Assembly (NCBI GenBank): GCA_963809895.1
Contig: CAWELD010000003.1
Span: 2,752,001-2,816,000, forward strand
Direction: 5' to 3'
Source: an uncultured Gemmatimonadales bacterium
GTDB lineage: Bacteria; Gemmatimonadota; Gemmatimonadetes; Longimicrobiales; Gaopeijiaceae
Length of the DNA: 64,000 nt
Shown: positions 8,641-18,480 of the stretch, one piece after another
Position numbering within the stretch: position 1 is the first letter of the stretch
How the letters are laid out: each line of letters starts with the position of its first letter
Notes under the pieces: generated by a model
The model's database searches: none
Seen by the model: the letters and a program-made list of their open reading frames with translations, nothing else
What the model was told of the DNA's origin: nothing
Position numbers and translations under genes: made by a program

Positions 8641-9912
8641 TTACGGCTCCAGCCGCAGTTCCTCGAACTCCGGCCACGAAACGCGGTGCGCCGAGCCGTC
8701 GGACCACACGAAGATGCCGCGGTTCCCGCTGGTGACGTCGTTGGAGCCCGTCAGGTCGAAGGACCGGCCGTCACGAAGCTCCACGGTAACCCCGGCGCCG
8801 CGGCGAATGATGCGAGCGATGTTGCCGAACTCCACCGCGAAGTCGGCGCCGCCGGCATCGCCGTCCAGGAGCTCCCAGGTGAAGCTCTCGTCGGCGTCCC
8901 AGACCACCGGCCCCTGGTATTCGCGGCCGTCCACGGTGGTCACGGTTCCCCGGATGGGCCCTTCGTCACCGAAGCGGCCGTAGGGGATCTCCTCGGGAGG
9001 CTCCGAGAAGCTCACGGAGGCGAACTCCCGCCAGTCCACCAGCACCTGGCCCAGGGCGGGGTCCGAGACCGCGATCCCGTTGTTGCTGTCGTCCACGTCG
9101 TTGGTGCCCCGGAGGATCATCTCCCGCCCGTTGCGGAGCAGGACCCGGGCGGCACTGGACGAATAACGCTCGATGGACTGGATATCGCCGAAGGTGACGT
9201 CACGGTCCACGCCGTTCTCCTCACCGTCGAGGATGTCGGAATTGTAGATCTCGTCCACGTCCCAGGTCACGTATCCGGTGAACTCCATGCCGGACCGGGT
9301 GGTGAGCGTGCCCCAGAGCCTGGCGTTGGGAGGCCTGGTGCCGGATGGCGGCGCCTTGAACTCCACCGATGCCAGGCTGTGCCAACGCACCTCGCCAGAA
9401 CGTCCGTCCTCGCCGTCCACGCGGATCCCGCGTACCGCCGAGCCCAGGTCCGTGGACTGGCCCCGCAGCTCCACCTCCTCACCGTTGCGCAGCGTGATGC
9501 GCGCCCGCTCCGAGCCCAGGGGCTCGATGCGCAGGACGTGCCCGAAGCGGATGCCCGAGCTCGACCCCGACCCGGAGCCTTCCACCTTGGTGGCATCCAG
9601 GATGTCGGCCCAGCTCCCTTCGTTCTTGTCCCAACGAATGAAGCCCGTGAGCCGGTCACCGTCGACGGTGACCACCTCGCCGTAGAGGCGATTGATTCCC
9701 GATCCGGGCACGACCTTCACCGACGGCGTCACCTTCACCCTCACCGGCGCCACCCGGATCATGGGCGCCACCCTCACCTCCCGCACCACGCGCGGCGGCT
9801 TCGATCTCAGATAGGCGAACCCCGCGCCCGCCGTCAGTAGCACCGCCACCATCGCCGAGCCTGAGATGATGGCCAGGCTTCTGGCGTCTTCCCGCACCTG
9901 TCGGTTCCACAT
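8641..9912 (-). CDS. Membrane-anchored hypothetical protein with three internal ~110-aa beta-rich repeats
   Basis: N-terminal TM segment; repeated G.V.T.(D/S)G...G...WD..E....D.LD motif three times. Confidence 0.75.
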   Translation of the reverse strand: MWNRQVREDARSLAIISGSAMVAVLLTAGAGFAYLRSKPPRVVREVRVAPMIRVAPVRVKVTPSVKVVPGSGINRLYGEVVTVDGDRLTGFIRWDKNEGSWADILDATKVEGSGSGSSSGIRFGHVLRIEPLGSERARITLRNGEEVELRGQSTDLGSAVRGIRVDGEDGRSGEVRWHSLASVEFKAPPSGTRPPNARLWGTLTTRSGMEFTGYVTWDVDEIYNSDILDGEENGVDRDVTFGDIQSIERYSSSAARVLLRNGREMILRGTNDVDDSNNGIAVSDPALGQVLVDWREFASVSFSEPPEEIPYGRFGDEGPIRGTVTTVDGREYQGPVVWDADESFTWELLDGDAGGADFAVEFGNIARIIRRGAGVTVELRDGRSFDLTGSNDVTSGNRGIFVWSDGSAHRVSWPEFEELRLEP

Positions 9913-10138
9913 GATCCCCCCTCCCGGTCGCCCCGGTCCACGACACGACATGCCCTCGCCCCATGGGGGCCGAGGGTCGACACCGTCCTTTATGGGTTCG
10001 ATGCCACACCCAGCGCAAGCGTTGCGACGGCGTCGTGAGCGAGACGTCGCCGCGGACGCCGCCACGGTGCTTCAGGCACCCGCCCTTTCCATTAGATTCC
10101 GCGCTCCGCGGCTCGACATTACACCTGGACCGTTCTCC

Positions 10139-11821
10139 ATGGCCGAACAGAAGTTCATCTACCACATGCATCGCCTGTCGAAGATCGTCCCGCCCCGGCG
10201 GGAGATCCTCAAGGGCATCAACCTGTCCTTCTTTCCCGGCGCCAAGATCGGCGTCGTGGGCCCCAACGGGGCGGGCAAGAGCTCGCTGCTGCGCATCATG
10301 GCCGGTGTCGACACGGACTTCCAGGGTGAGGCGTGGGCCATGAAGGGCACCCGCATCGGCTACCTGCCGCAGGAGCCGGAGCTGGATGCGAGCCTGGACG
10401 TGAAGGGCAACGTGGAGCTGGCGGTGAAGGACGTGCGCGACCTCCTGCGCCGCTTCGAAGAGGTGAATCTGGCCTTCGGCGACGTCGCCGACGACGAGGA
10501 CATGAACGCGCTCCTCGACGAGCAGGCGAAGCTCCAGGACCGCATCGACGCAGCCGGCGCCTGGGACCTGGACCGGAAGCTCGACATCGCCATGGACGCG
10601 CTCCGCCTGCCACCCGGCGACACCGACGTCACCACGCTGTCGGGCGGTGAACGGCGGCGCGTGGCCCTGTGCCGCGTGCTCCTGGAGGAGCCGGACATGC
10701 TCCTCCTGGACGAGCCCACCAATCATCTGGACGCCGAATCGGTGCAGTGGCTGGAGCGCCACCTGTCCGACTTCGAGGGGACCATCGTGGCCATCACCCA
10801 CGACCGCTACTTCCTGGACAACGTGGCCCAGTGGATCCTGGAGCTCGACCGGGGCCAGGGGATTCCGTGGCAGGGCAACTACAGCTCCTGGCTCGAGCAG
10901 AAGCGCGAACGGCTCCGGCAGGAGGAGAAGCAGGAGTCCGCGCGCCAGAAGACGCTGGAGCGGGAGCTGGAGTGGGCGCGCATGGCGCCGCGGGCGCGGC
11001 AGTCCAAGGGCAGGGCGCGCCTGAACGCCTACGAAGAGCTCCTGGCCGCCGACGAGCGCGAGCAGGTGCGCACGGCGGAGATCCTCATCCCCAAGGGACC
11101 GCGCCTGGGCAACGTGGTCATCCGTGCCGACGAGGTGCGCAAGGGCTTCGGGGATCGACTCCTGGTCGAAGACCTCTCCTTCGACGTCCCCGCGGGCGCC
11201 ATCGTGGGGATCATCGGCGCCAACGGAGCCGGCAAGACCACGCTCTTCCGTCTCATCACCGGTCAGGAGCAGCCCGACGGCGGCACGCTGGAGGTCGGCG
11301 ACACGGTGCAGCTCGCGTACGTGGATCAGAGCCGCGCCGCTCTGGACGGGGACAAGAGCGTCTTCGAAGAGGTCACGGGCGGCGCCGACGTTCTCACCTT
11401 CGGACGCGCCGAGATCAACGCCCGCGCCTATCTTTCCTGGTTCAACTTCCGCGGTGCGGATCAGCAGAAGAAGGTGGGCGTGCTGTCGGGCGGTGAGCGC
11501 AACCGCCTGCACCTGGCCAAGCTTCTCAAGGAAGGCGGCAACGTCCTGCTCCTGGACGAGCCCACCAACGATCTGGACGTGGACACCCTGCGGGCGCTGG
11601 AGGACGCGCTGCTGCGCTTCGCCGGATGCGTGCTGGTGGTGAGCCACGACCGCTGGTTCCTGGACCGGATCGCCACCCACATCCTCGCCTTCGAGGGAGA
11701 CAGCCGGGTCGCCTGGTTCCCGGGCAACTTCCAGGAGTACGAGGACGACAAGAAGCGCCGGCTGGGCGAAGGCGCGGACCAGCCGCACCGGATCCAATAC
11801 AAGCGACTCGTGAGGGGTTGA
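10139..11821 (+). CDS. ettA: ABC-F energy-dependent translational throttle protein EttA
   Basis: Two ABC ATPase domains without TMDs; LSFFPGAKIG, ELEWARM.P.ARQ.K linker, HRIQYKRL end. Confidence 0.93.
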   Translation: MAEQKFIYHMHRLSKIVPPRREILKGINLSFFPGAKIGVVGPNGAGKSSLLRIMAGVDTDFQGEAWAMKGTRIGYLPQEPELDASLDVKGNVELAVKDVRDLLRRFEEVNLAFGDVADDEDMNALLDEQAKLQDRIDAAGAWDLDRKLDIAMDALRLPPGDTDVTTLSGGERRRVALCRVLLEEPDMLLLDEPTNHLDAESVQWLERHLSDFEGTIVAITHDRYFLDNVAQWILELDRGQGIPWQGNYSSWLEQKRERLRQEEKQESARQKTLERELEWARMAPRARQSKGRARLNAYEELLAADEREQVRTAEILIPKGPRLGNVVIRADEVRKGFGDRLLVEDLSFDVPAGAIVGIIGANGAGKTTLFRLITGQEQPDGGTLEVGDTVQLAYVDQSRAALDGDKSVFEEVTGGADVLTFGRAEINARAYLSWFNFRGADQQKKVGVLSGGERNRLHLAKLLKEGGNVLLLDEPTNDLDVDTLRALEDALLRFAGCVLVVSHDRWFLDRIATHILAFEGDSRVAWFPGNFQEYEDDKKRRLGEGADQPHRIQYKRLVRG

Positions 11822-11825
11822 GGTC

Positions 11826-14405
11826 ATGCGGCGAACGACGTGGGTGTGGATGGGAGTGGTGACAGCGCTGTGGGCGAGGCCGCTGGTGGCTCAGACACCG
11901 GACCGCTCGTCGGAGACCCGCCCGGTGGCCCAGGCGGTGCCGACCTCGGCGCCGGTGCACCTGGACGGACTCCTGGACGAGGCCGCCTGGGACGATGCGC
12001 CGGTGGTGGACCACTTCACGCAGGTGGATCCCTACGAGGGCCAGCCGGTCTCCGAGCGCACCGAGGTCCGCATCCTCTACGACACGGAGGCACTCTACAT
12101 CGGCGTGCGTGCATGGGATTCGGGTGAGGTCCGCTCACGGCTGGGCCGGCGGGACATGGCCCTGCTGGATTCGGACTGGTTCGGCGTCGTCATCGACTCC
12201 TATCACGACCACCGCACAGCCTTCTCCTTCGACGTCAATCCCGCCGGCGTGCGGCGGGACGCGGTCAAGTCCGTCACCGGCTCCGGCGGCGAAGCGGACG
12301 ACCTCTCCTGGGATCCGGTCTGGGACGTGGCCACCTCCCGGGACGACCGGGGCTGGAGCGCCGAGTACCGGATCCCCTTCAGCCAGCTCCGCTTCAGCGA
12401 CGGGGCGGCCCAACTCTGGGGCATCCAGCTCGAACGCGTCATCGGCCGCAAGCGGGAGTACGCGGTGAGCTCCTTCACCCCCAAGAGTGAGCCCGGCGGC
12501 ATTCCCACCTACGGCCATCTGGAGGGCATCCGCGACATCGAGCCGGGCCAGCGTCTGGAGCTCCTGCCGTACGTGCTCACGCGGGGCGAGTTCGTCGATC
12601 CGGGACTGAACCCGTTCCGCACGAATCGGGAGGGATCGGTGGCCGGAGGCCTCGACCTGCGCTTCCGGGTGACCTCGGACCTGACGCTCAACGCCTCCAT
12701 CAATCCCGACTTCGGGCAGGTGGAGGTCGACCCCGCGGTGGTGAACCTCACCGTCTACGAGACGCGCTTCGACGAGAAGCGTCCCTTCTTCATCGAGGGG
12801 AGCGAGATCTTCGACTTCGGGCGCAACACCAGCGGGGGGCAGCTCTTCTACTCACGGCGGATCGGGCGCGCGCCGCAGCTCCAGCCTCCCACGCCCTTCG
12901 CCGACGTGCCCGACGTCACCAACATCCTGGGCGCCGCCAAGTTCTCCGGAAAGACGGCGTCGGGGTGGTCGCTGGGCGTCATCGAGGCCGTGACGGCCCG
13001 GGAGGAAGCGCGTTACCGCACGTCGGACGGCGAGGTGGACCGGGCGGTGGTGGAGCCGCTGGCCAACTACCTGGTGGCCCGCGTCCGCCGCGACATGCGC
13101 CAGGGCCGCTCGTCCATCGGCGCCATGGTCACGGCCGCCAGCCGCGAGCTGGACACGCCCGCGGTGGAGAGCGCCCTTCGCTCCGGCGCCTACGCCGGCG
13201 GAGTCGACTTCCGACACGAATCGGCGGACCGGGGATGGGTGGTACGCGGCTCGGCGGCGTTGAGCCACATCCGGGGCCAGCCCGACGCGCTGGTGCGGGT
13301 GCAGCGCGCCGGCAACCACTTCTTCCAGCGACCCGACGCGGAGCACCTGGCCGTGGACTCCAGCGCCACATCGCTGACGGGCTACTCGGTGGGGGCGGCG
13401 GTCGAGCGGCAGGGTGGCGAGCACGTGCGCGGCGAGCTCGCCGTGGCCGCCACCTCTCCCGAGTTCGAGGTGAACGACCTGGGCTTCCAGACGCGCACCG
13501 ACCGCCGCGACGTCCAGGGCTCCCTCACCTGGCTGCAGAACCAGCCCGGCGACTTCTTCCGGAACTACGCGCTCACCCTGCGTGGCCGCTACGAGCACAA
13601 CTACGACTGGCAACGGATCATGGCCGTGTGGTCAGTGAGCGGGAACTTCCGCCACCTGGACTTCTGGGGTGGACACTTCCTCCTGCAGCGTCAACTCCGC
13701 TCGCTGGACGATCGCTCCACCCGGGGCGGCCCCCTCATGGAGCGGCCCGCGAACTGGACCGGCTACCTGGCCCTGGGGTCCGACGGTCGCAAGCCGGTCA
13801 CGGTGGGGGGGAGCCTCTACCTGCAGAGGGACGACTACGACGGGTGGACGACCACGCTGGGGCTGAACCTGGGGGTGAAGGCCTCGGACCGCTGGAACCT
13901 CAGCGTGGGTCCCAGCCTGTCCCGGTCGCACACAGACGCCCAGTACGTGGGCACGGTGCAGGACGCTGCCGCCACCGACACCTACGGCGCACACTACCTG
14001 TTCGCGCCGCTCCGCCAGACGACGCTCTCGCTGGAGACCCGCCTCAACGTCACCTTCACGCCCGAGTTGTCGCTGGAAATGTACGCGCAGCCCTTCCTGT
14101 CTTCGGGCGACTACGGTGAGGTGGCCGAGCTGGCCGCACCCCGCAGGTACGACTTCGTCCCCTACCAGGGCACCGCCCCGGACCGGGACTTCAACTATCG
14201 GTCGCTGCGCGGGAACGCGGTGTTGCGCTGGGAATGGCGTTCCGGCTCGACCCTCTACCTCGCCTGGCAACAGACCCGGTCCGACTACCGCACCGGCGAG
14301 CCGGGCCTGGGCGAATTCGACTTCGCCCGCGATCGACAGGCGCTCTTCGACACGCGGCCCGACGACGTCTTCCTGCTCAAGGTGAACTACTGGTTCACGC
14401 CGTAG
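11826..14405 (+). CDS. Exported CBM9-like domain plus DUF5916 outer-membrane beta-barrel protein
   Basis: Signal peptide; LDGLLDEAAW, WSAEYRIPFSQLRF, NPDFGQVEVD, LFYSRRIG, LRWEWR.GS.LYL.W, KVNYWF end. Confidence 0.85.
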   Translation: MRRTTWVWMGVVTALWARPLVAQTPDRSSETRPVAQAVPTSAPVHLDGLLDEAAWDDAPVVDHFTQVDPYEGQPVSERTEVRILYDTEALYIGVRAWDSGEVRSRLGRRDMALLDSDWFGVVIDSYHDHRTAFSFDVNPAGVRRDAVKSVTGSGGEADDLSWDPVWDVATSRDDRGWSAEYRIPFSQLRFSDGAAQLWGIQLERVIGRKREYAVSSFTPKSEPGGIPTYGHLEGIRDIEPGQRLELLPYVLTRGEFVDPGLNPFRTNREGSVAGGLDLRFRVTSDLTLNASINPDFGQVEVDPAVVNLTVYETRFDEKRPFFIEGSEIFDFGRNTSGGQLFYSRRIGRAPQLQPPTPFADVPDVTNILGAAKFSGKTASGWSLGVIEAVTAREEARYRTSDGEVDRAVVEPLANYLVARVRRDMRQGRSSIGAMVTAASRELDTPAVESALRSGAYAGGVDFRHESADRGWVVRGSAALSHIRGQPDALVRVQRAGNHFFQRPDAEHLAVDSSATSLTGYSVGAAVERQGGEHVRGELAVAATSPEFEVNDLGFQTRTDRRDVQGSLTWLQNQPGDFFRNYALTLRGRYEHNYDWQRIMAVWSVSGNFRHLDFWGGHFLLQRQLRSLDDRSTRGGPLMERPANWTGYLALGSDGRKPVTVGGSLYLQRDDYDGWTTTLGLNLGVKASDRWNLSVGPSLSRSHTDAQYVGTVQDAAATDTYGAHYLFAPLRQTTLSLETRLNVTFTPELSLEMYAQPFLSSGDYGEVAELAAPRRYDFVPYQGTAPDRDFNYRSLRGNAVLRWEWRSGSTLYLAWQQTRSDYRTGEPGLGEFDFARDRQALFDTRPDDVFLLKVNYWFTP

Positions 14406-14758
14406 CAGGTCGCTGAAGAAGGGGAGTACCCCGCGCGCATGGCGCTTTCGCGCGTTCAGGCAAGGAACGACGACGAGTCGTAGCACGCGCTACGGCGGTG
14501 CCGCAAGGAGGAGAGACGATGGATCGGTCAACAAGCGCGCAGCGCTTGTCGCGGAACCGCCATGCGCCCATCCGTATGTGGCCTATGAACTTGGACGGCA
14601 GTGGGTTGGGGCGGCACGGCCCCTCCTCCGTCGTTGAAGCTCCTCGACGTAGCTATGGCTATGCCTTCGTCGCTTCGCCTAGGTTGAGGGGCCGTGGCGC
14701 TCCGGTAACAATGCGGAGCATTGTCGCGGGGTGCTCCCCTTCTTCAGCGACCTGCTAG
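14403..14758. mobile_element. MITE-like non-autonomous element with 33-bp terminal inverted repeats
   Basis: 14403-14435 TAGCAGGTCGCTGAAGAAGGGGAGTACCCCGCG matches the reverse complement of 14725-14757 with 1 mismatch; TAG at both ends; no transposase. Confidence 0.75.
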
Positions 14759-14786
14759 CAGCCCACCGGGCGGTCGTCGTCCAATG

Positions 14787-14822
14787 AAACGGGGGCCGCC
14801 GGCGCTCGGCCGGCGACCCCCG
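14787..14822 (-). terminator. Probable intrinsic terminator of the lipoprotein gene
   Basis: 14-bp GC stem (14790-14803/14809-14822, one G-U pair on the minus strand) followed by TTT on the minus strand, 20 nt after the stop at 14842. Confidence 0.6.
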
Positions 14823-14841
14823 AAGGCGAGCCTGCTGGACG

Positions 14842-15222
14842 TCAGCCTTTCAGGCTCAGCTGGTCCTGGTCGATGTACCATTCCACCCGCTCGCCCCGGT
14901 GGAGGGTGAAGAGGCGGGAATCGATCTCGTCGCTGCCCTCCAGGGTGTCGGGAATCCTGGCCACCAGCCTGTACTGATGGACGCCCTCGGGAAGCTGGAA
15001 GGCGAAATCGTGTACCCCGTCGGGGCGCACGCGGCCCAGGGGAACGAAGTCACCGTCCACCGTCTCCAGCGACACGGCCGCGAAGGCGTCCTGATAGTCG
15101 TTTTCGACCCTGAACAGGGCCTGGTCCGGCTGCAGGCGGGCGCCGCCGGTGCTGGCGCAACCGGCCAGCATCAGTGCGAGGAACGGGAGTCCAATCATCG
15201 GGAAGGTCTTCATCGTACGCAT
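14842..15222 (-). CDS. Small hypothetical lipoprotein
   Basis: Lipobox LAGC after a hydrophobic stretch; beta-rich mature part. Confidence 0.7.
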   Translation of the reverse strand: MRTMKTFPMIGLPFLALMLAGCASTGGARLQPDQALFRVENDYQDAFAAVSLETVDGDFVPLGRVRPDGVHDFAFQLPEGVHQYRLVARIPDTLEGSDEIDSRLFTLHRGERVEWYIDQDQLSLKG

Positions 15223-15313
15223 GGTTCTATCCCCCTCGGGGGGTTGTACGGATAACGCACTGACTTCCCCTGTCCTACTGTTCCAATCCGTCCAACGGTC
15301 CACGGGCCGGACC

Positions 15314-17992
15314 TCACTCGGCCCGCATGGTGATCATGGGATCGATGCGCGTGCTGCGTCGGGCCGGAATCCAGGTGGCCAGGATCGCGGTGCCCAGCAG
15401 CACCGCCACCACCACGACAAAGGTGGTGGGGTCGGTGGAGCTAACGCCGAAGAGGAGGCCCTGCATGAGCCGCACGAGAACCAGACCTCCGGCCACCCCC
15501 ACCACCAGCCCCACCGCCACGGTGCGGAGCGCACCGGCCATGACCAGGCGCTGCACGGTCGCCGGCGCGGCCCCCAGCGACAGGCGAATACCCATCTCCC
15601 GGGTCCGGCGCGCCACGGCGTACGAGACGACGCCGTAGATGCCGACACCGGCCAGGATCAACGCCACGCCCGCGAAGATGCCGAGCACCATCAGGATGAA
15701 GCGACGCTGCGCCAGCGAGTCGCTCACCTGCGCGCTCAGGTACCGCACCTCGATGGCCAGGTTGGGATCGGCGCTACGAAGTGCCTGGCGGAGGAGCGGA
15801 GCCACGGCCGCCGGATCGCCGGTGGCCGATTCCGCCACCACCGACGCCTGGTACTGCAGGCGGAAAGGCCGCTGGCCGTAGGCGAAGTAGACCGTGGGCT
15901 CGGGTCCTCGGGTCAGGTCACGATAGCGCACGTCGCCCACCACACCCACGACGGTGGCGAAGCGCGGCGGATCGGCGTCCCAGAAGTTGTCCATCCCACC
16001 ACCGGTGACCGTGTGGCCGATGGGATCCTCGCCGGGCCAGAACTCGTCGGCGAAGGCCTGGTTGACGATGGCGACGTCCGGAGCGCCCTCCCGGTCCCGG
16101 TCATCGAACATGCGGCCGCGGACCAACGGAATGTCCAGCGCCTCGAAGGTGCCCGGGCTGGTGGTGACGTAGATGCCGTCGGCGAACTTCTCGGGATCCC
16201 CGTCCAACTCCAGCCGTCCCGACGCCGCGTATCCCTGCACGGGGAGCGAGCTGCTCACCCCCACCGCCGAGACACCGGGCAGCGCCGAAGCGCGCGCCAG
16301 GAAGTCGTCGAAGAAGCCCCGGATGTCCTCGAGGTCGGGATAGCGGGTGGCGCTGAGATTGGCCGCCGTCACCACCACGTCGCTCTCGTCGAACCCCCGC
16401 TCCTGCGAGGTGAGCTGGACGAAGCTCCGGATGAGCAGGCCCGAGCCCACGAGCAGGATCAGCGCCAGGGCCACCTCGGTTCCCACCAGGACGCTCCACA
16501 CGCGGCCCTTGCCCCCAGCGCTTCCCCGGCCCTCGGTGCGCAGCACCTCCGCCTGATCGCCGTCGGTGAGACGCAGCGCGGGAAACAGCCCGAACAGGAG
16601 AGCCGTGGCCACGGCGATCAGCCCCGTGAAGCCCAGCACCACACCGTCCACGCCGACCTGATCGAGACGGGGCAGCGATCCCACGCCCAGCCGACGGATC
16701 ACGCCGAGTCCGAGCCAGGCGACCCCCAGTCCAGCCAGGGCCCCGAGCACGGCCAGGACCACGCTCTCGGTGAGGAGCTGACGGACCAGCCGACCTCGCG
16801 GAGCGCCCAGCGACGAGCGCACGGCGAGCTCCCGCGAACGAATCGTGCCACGGGCCAGGAGCGTGCTGGCCAGGTTCGTGCACGCCACCAGGAGCACGAA
16901 GGCGGCGGCCCCCAGCAGGATCAGCAGGGGCGTGCGCGCATCGCCCACCACCCGGTCCTGAAGGCTCGCCATGTTCACGCCCGTGGCCAGGTAGTCGGGA
17001 TCGTCGTCGGGCGAGGTGGCGACGATGCGCAAGGTGAGGGCGTCCAGCTCCTCATCGGCCTGCTCCAGCGTGACCCCGTCCCGCAGCCGCCCCACCACCC
17101 ACCAGTTGTGCGCGGTGCGGCTCTCGCCGTGCGGGAAGAGCTCCAGCGGCGCCCACACCTCGTTGCCGGCCGGATAGGCGCCGTCGTCGGGAATCACCCC
17201 GACGACCTCGGCCCGCACACCCCCGGCCTCGATGACCGTGCCTACCGCGTCCAGCCCGCCCAGGACGTCCTCGGCGAAGCTGCGAGCCACCACCACGGCA
17301 GGCTGAGCTCCCTGTACGTGGTCGTTCTCGTTGGTGAGCCGGCCCGCGAGCGGGCGCACCGGAAAGACGGTCCAGAAGTCGCGGGTCACGTTGGTGAATC
17401 CTGCGCGGACCGGTTCGGCTCCACCCACCACCGTGGTCGTGCCCGTGCCCACGGCCGCCAACCCCACGAAGCTCGTGCTCTGTTCGTGCCAGTCGCGATA
17501 GTTGGGCCACGCCACGGCCATGGTGCCGCCACGGTTGTTGCGTTCGGCCACCCACACGATCCGTCCGGGATCGCTGTACGAAAGCGGGCGCAGGAGCACG
17601 CCGTTCACCACGCTGAAGATCGCCGTGTTCGCGCCGACACCCAGCGCCAGCGTGACCAGGGCCACCAGGGTGAACCCTGGGCTCCGCACCAGATTCCGCA
17701 GCGCGTATCTCAGATCCTGCATCATCCCCTCCACTCGATGGGCCCGCCGGAGCCCCCGGTCCCGTGACCGGGTGATGGTCTCGCACTCCTTCCGGACCAC
17801 GTTCACGTCACCAAAGCGTCGGCGGGCCTCTTCCAGGGCCGCCGCCGGTTCCCATCCCTCCGCCACGAGATCGTCCACCAGCAGCTCCAGGTGGGCCTGG
17901 ACCTCGCGCTCCACGTCCTCTTCCAGCGGTAGCTCGCCCACGTTGGGACGCCCTCCGTGCAGCGAGCGACGGCCGGGTCGGCCCCCGTTCAT
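15314..17992 (-). CDS. Duplicated MacB/FtsX-like orphan ABC permease (ADOP family) with N-terminal prefix domain
   Basis: EEARRRFGD prefix, QDLRYALR.L.RSPGF, LALGVGANTAIFS, GIYGVVSY.V.RRTREMGIR, RIDPM..MRAE. Confidence 0.92.
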   Translation of the reverse strand: MNGGRPGRRSLHGGRPNVGELPLEEDVEREVQAHLELLVDDLVAEGWEPAAALEEARRRFGDVNVVRKECETITRSRDRGLRRAHRVEGMMQDLRYALRNLVRSPGFTLVALVTLALGVGANTAIFSVVNGVLLRPLSYSDPGRIVWVAERNNRGGTMAVAWPNYRDWHEQSTSFVGLAAVGTGTTTVVGGAEPVRAGFTNVTRDFWTVFPVRPLAGRLTNENDHVQGAQPAVVVARSFAEDVLGGLDAVGTVIEAGGVRAEVVGVIPDDGAYPAGNEVWAPLELFPHGESRTAHNWWVVGRLRDGVTLEQADEELDALTLRIVATSPDDDPDYLATGVNMASLQDRVVGDARTPLLILLGAAAFVLLVACTNLASTLLARGTIRSRELAVRSSLGAPRGRLVRQLLTESVVLAVLGALAGLGVAWLGLGVIRRLGVGSLPRLDQVGVDGVVLGFTGLIAVATALLFGLFPALRLTDGDQAEVLRTEGRGSAGGKGRVWSVLVGTEVALALILLVGSGLLIRSFVQLTSQERGFDESDVVVTAANLSATRYPDLEDIRGFFDDFLARASALPGVSAVGVSSSLPVQGYAASGRLELDGDPEKFADGIYVTTSPGTFEALDIPLVRGRMFDDRDREGAPDVAIVNQAFADEFWPGEDPIGHTVTGGGMDNFWDADPPRFATVVGVVGDVRYRDLTRGPEPTVYFAYGQRPFRLQYQASVVAESATGDPAAVAPLLRQALRSADPNLAIEVRYLSAQVSDSLAQRRFILMVLGIFAGVALILAGVGIYGVVSYAVARRTREMGIRLSLGAAPATVQRLVMAGALRTVAVGLVVGVAGGLVLVRLMQGLLFGVSSTDPTTFVVVVAVLLGTAILATWIPARRSTRIDPMITMRAE

Positions 17993-18330
17993 CCCAGGGG
18001 ACCCTCGGCGAACAGGACCCGCGACATGGCGTCCACATAGCGCGACCAGCTCTTCACCTCCGCCTCCAGCGTCCCCTCACCGGCAGCCGTGAGCTCGTAG
18101 AACTTGGCGTCGCGGCCGGTCTCGGTGACGCCCCAGTCCGCGGCCACGAGCCCCCGCTTCTCCAAGCGCCGCAGCGCCGGATAGAGCGCCCCCTCCTCCA
18201 CCTGGAGCGCCTCGTCCGTGGCCGCCCGGATGGCCTTGGACACGCCGTACCCGTGCAGAGGCCCCCAGCTCAGGGTCTTGAGGATGAGCACGTCCAACGT
18301 CCCCCTCAGAAGCTCCAGCGATCCGCTCAT
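17989..18330 (-). CDS. PadR-family transcriptional regulator (acidobacterial type)
   Basis: LLRGTLDVLILK.L..GP.HGY, EEGALYPALRRLE, AKFYELT; 4-nt overlap with the permease. Confidence 0.92.
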   Translation of the reverse strand: MSGSLELLRGTLDVLILKTLSWGPLHGYGVSKAIRAATDEALQVEEGALYPALRRLEKRGLVAADWGVTETGRDAKFYELTAAGEGTLEAEVKSWSRYVDAMSRVLFAEGPLG

Positions 18331-18359
18331 GTCTCGCCCAGGTTGAAAGATCCTATGCA

Positions 18360-18379
18360 TAAGACTCCCAGGGGTCTTA
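18360..18379. promoter_or_regulatory. Palindromic putative PadR operator
   Basis: TAAGACTCCCAGGGGTCTTA, a near-perfect inverted repeat 30 nt upstream of padR in a divergent intergenic region. Confidence 0.5.
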
Positions 18380-18480
18380 CGGAGGTTGGAACGAGGCGGT
18401 TTCAAACTTCCGAGCCGGGCGCGTCATCCAAGTGCACGACGGACCCCCTGCGACGACGGGACCCGAACGAGGACGACGCG

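Noticed and set aside
14498..14758. 86-aa ORF with an AGGAGG-like RBS inside the inverted-repeat element
   Set aside because: Poor GC3 bias and no transposase motifs; its stop is the element end
15149..17767. Long antisense ORFs (also 9656-11827, 34400-36703, 52436-55291, 58519-60639)
   Set aside because: Mirror frames of well-supported genes, expected at this GC content
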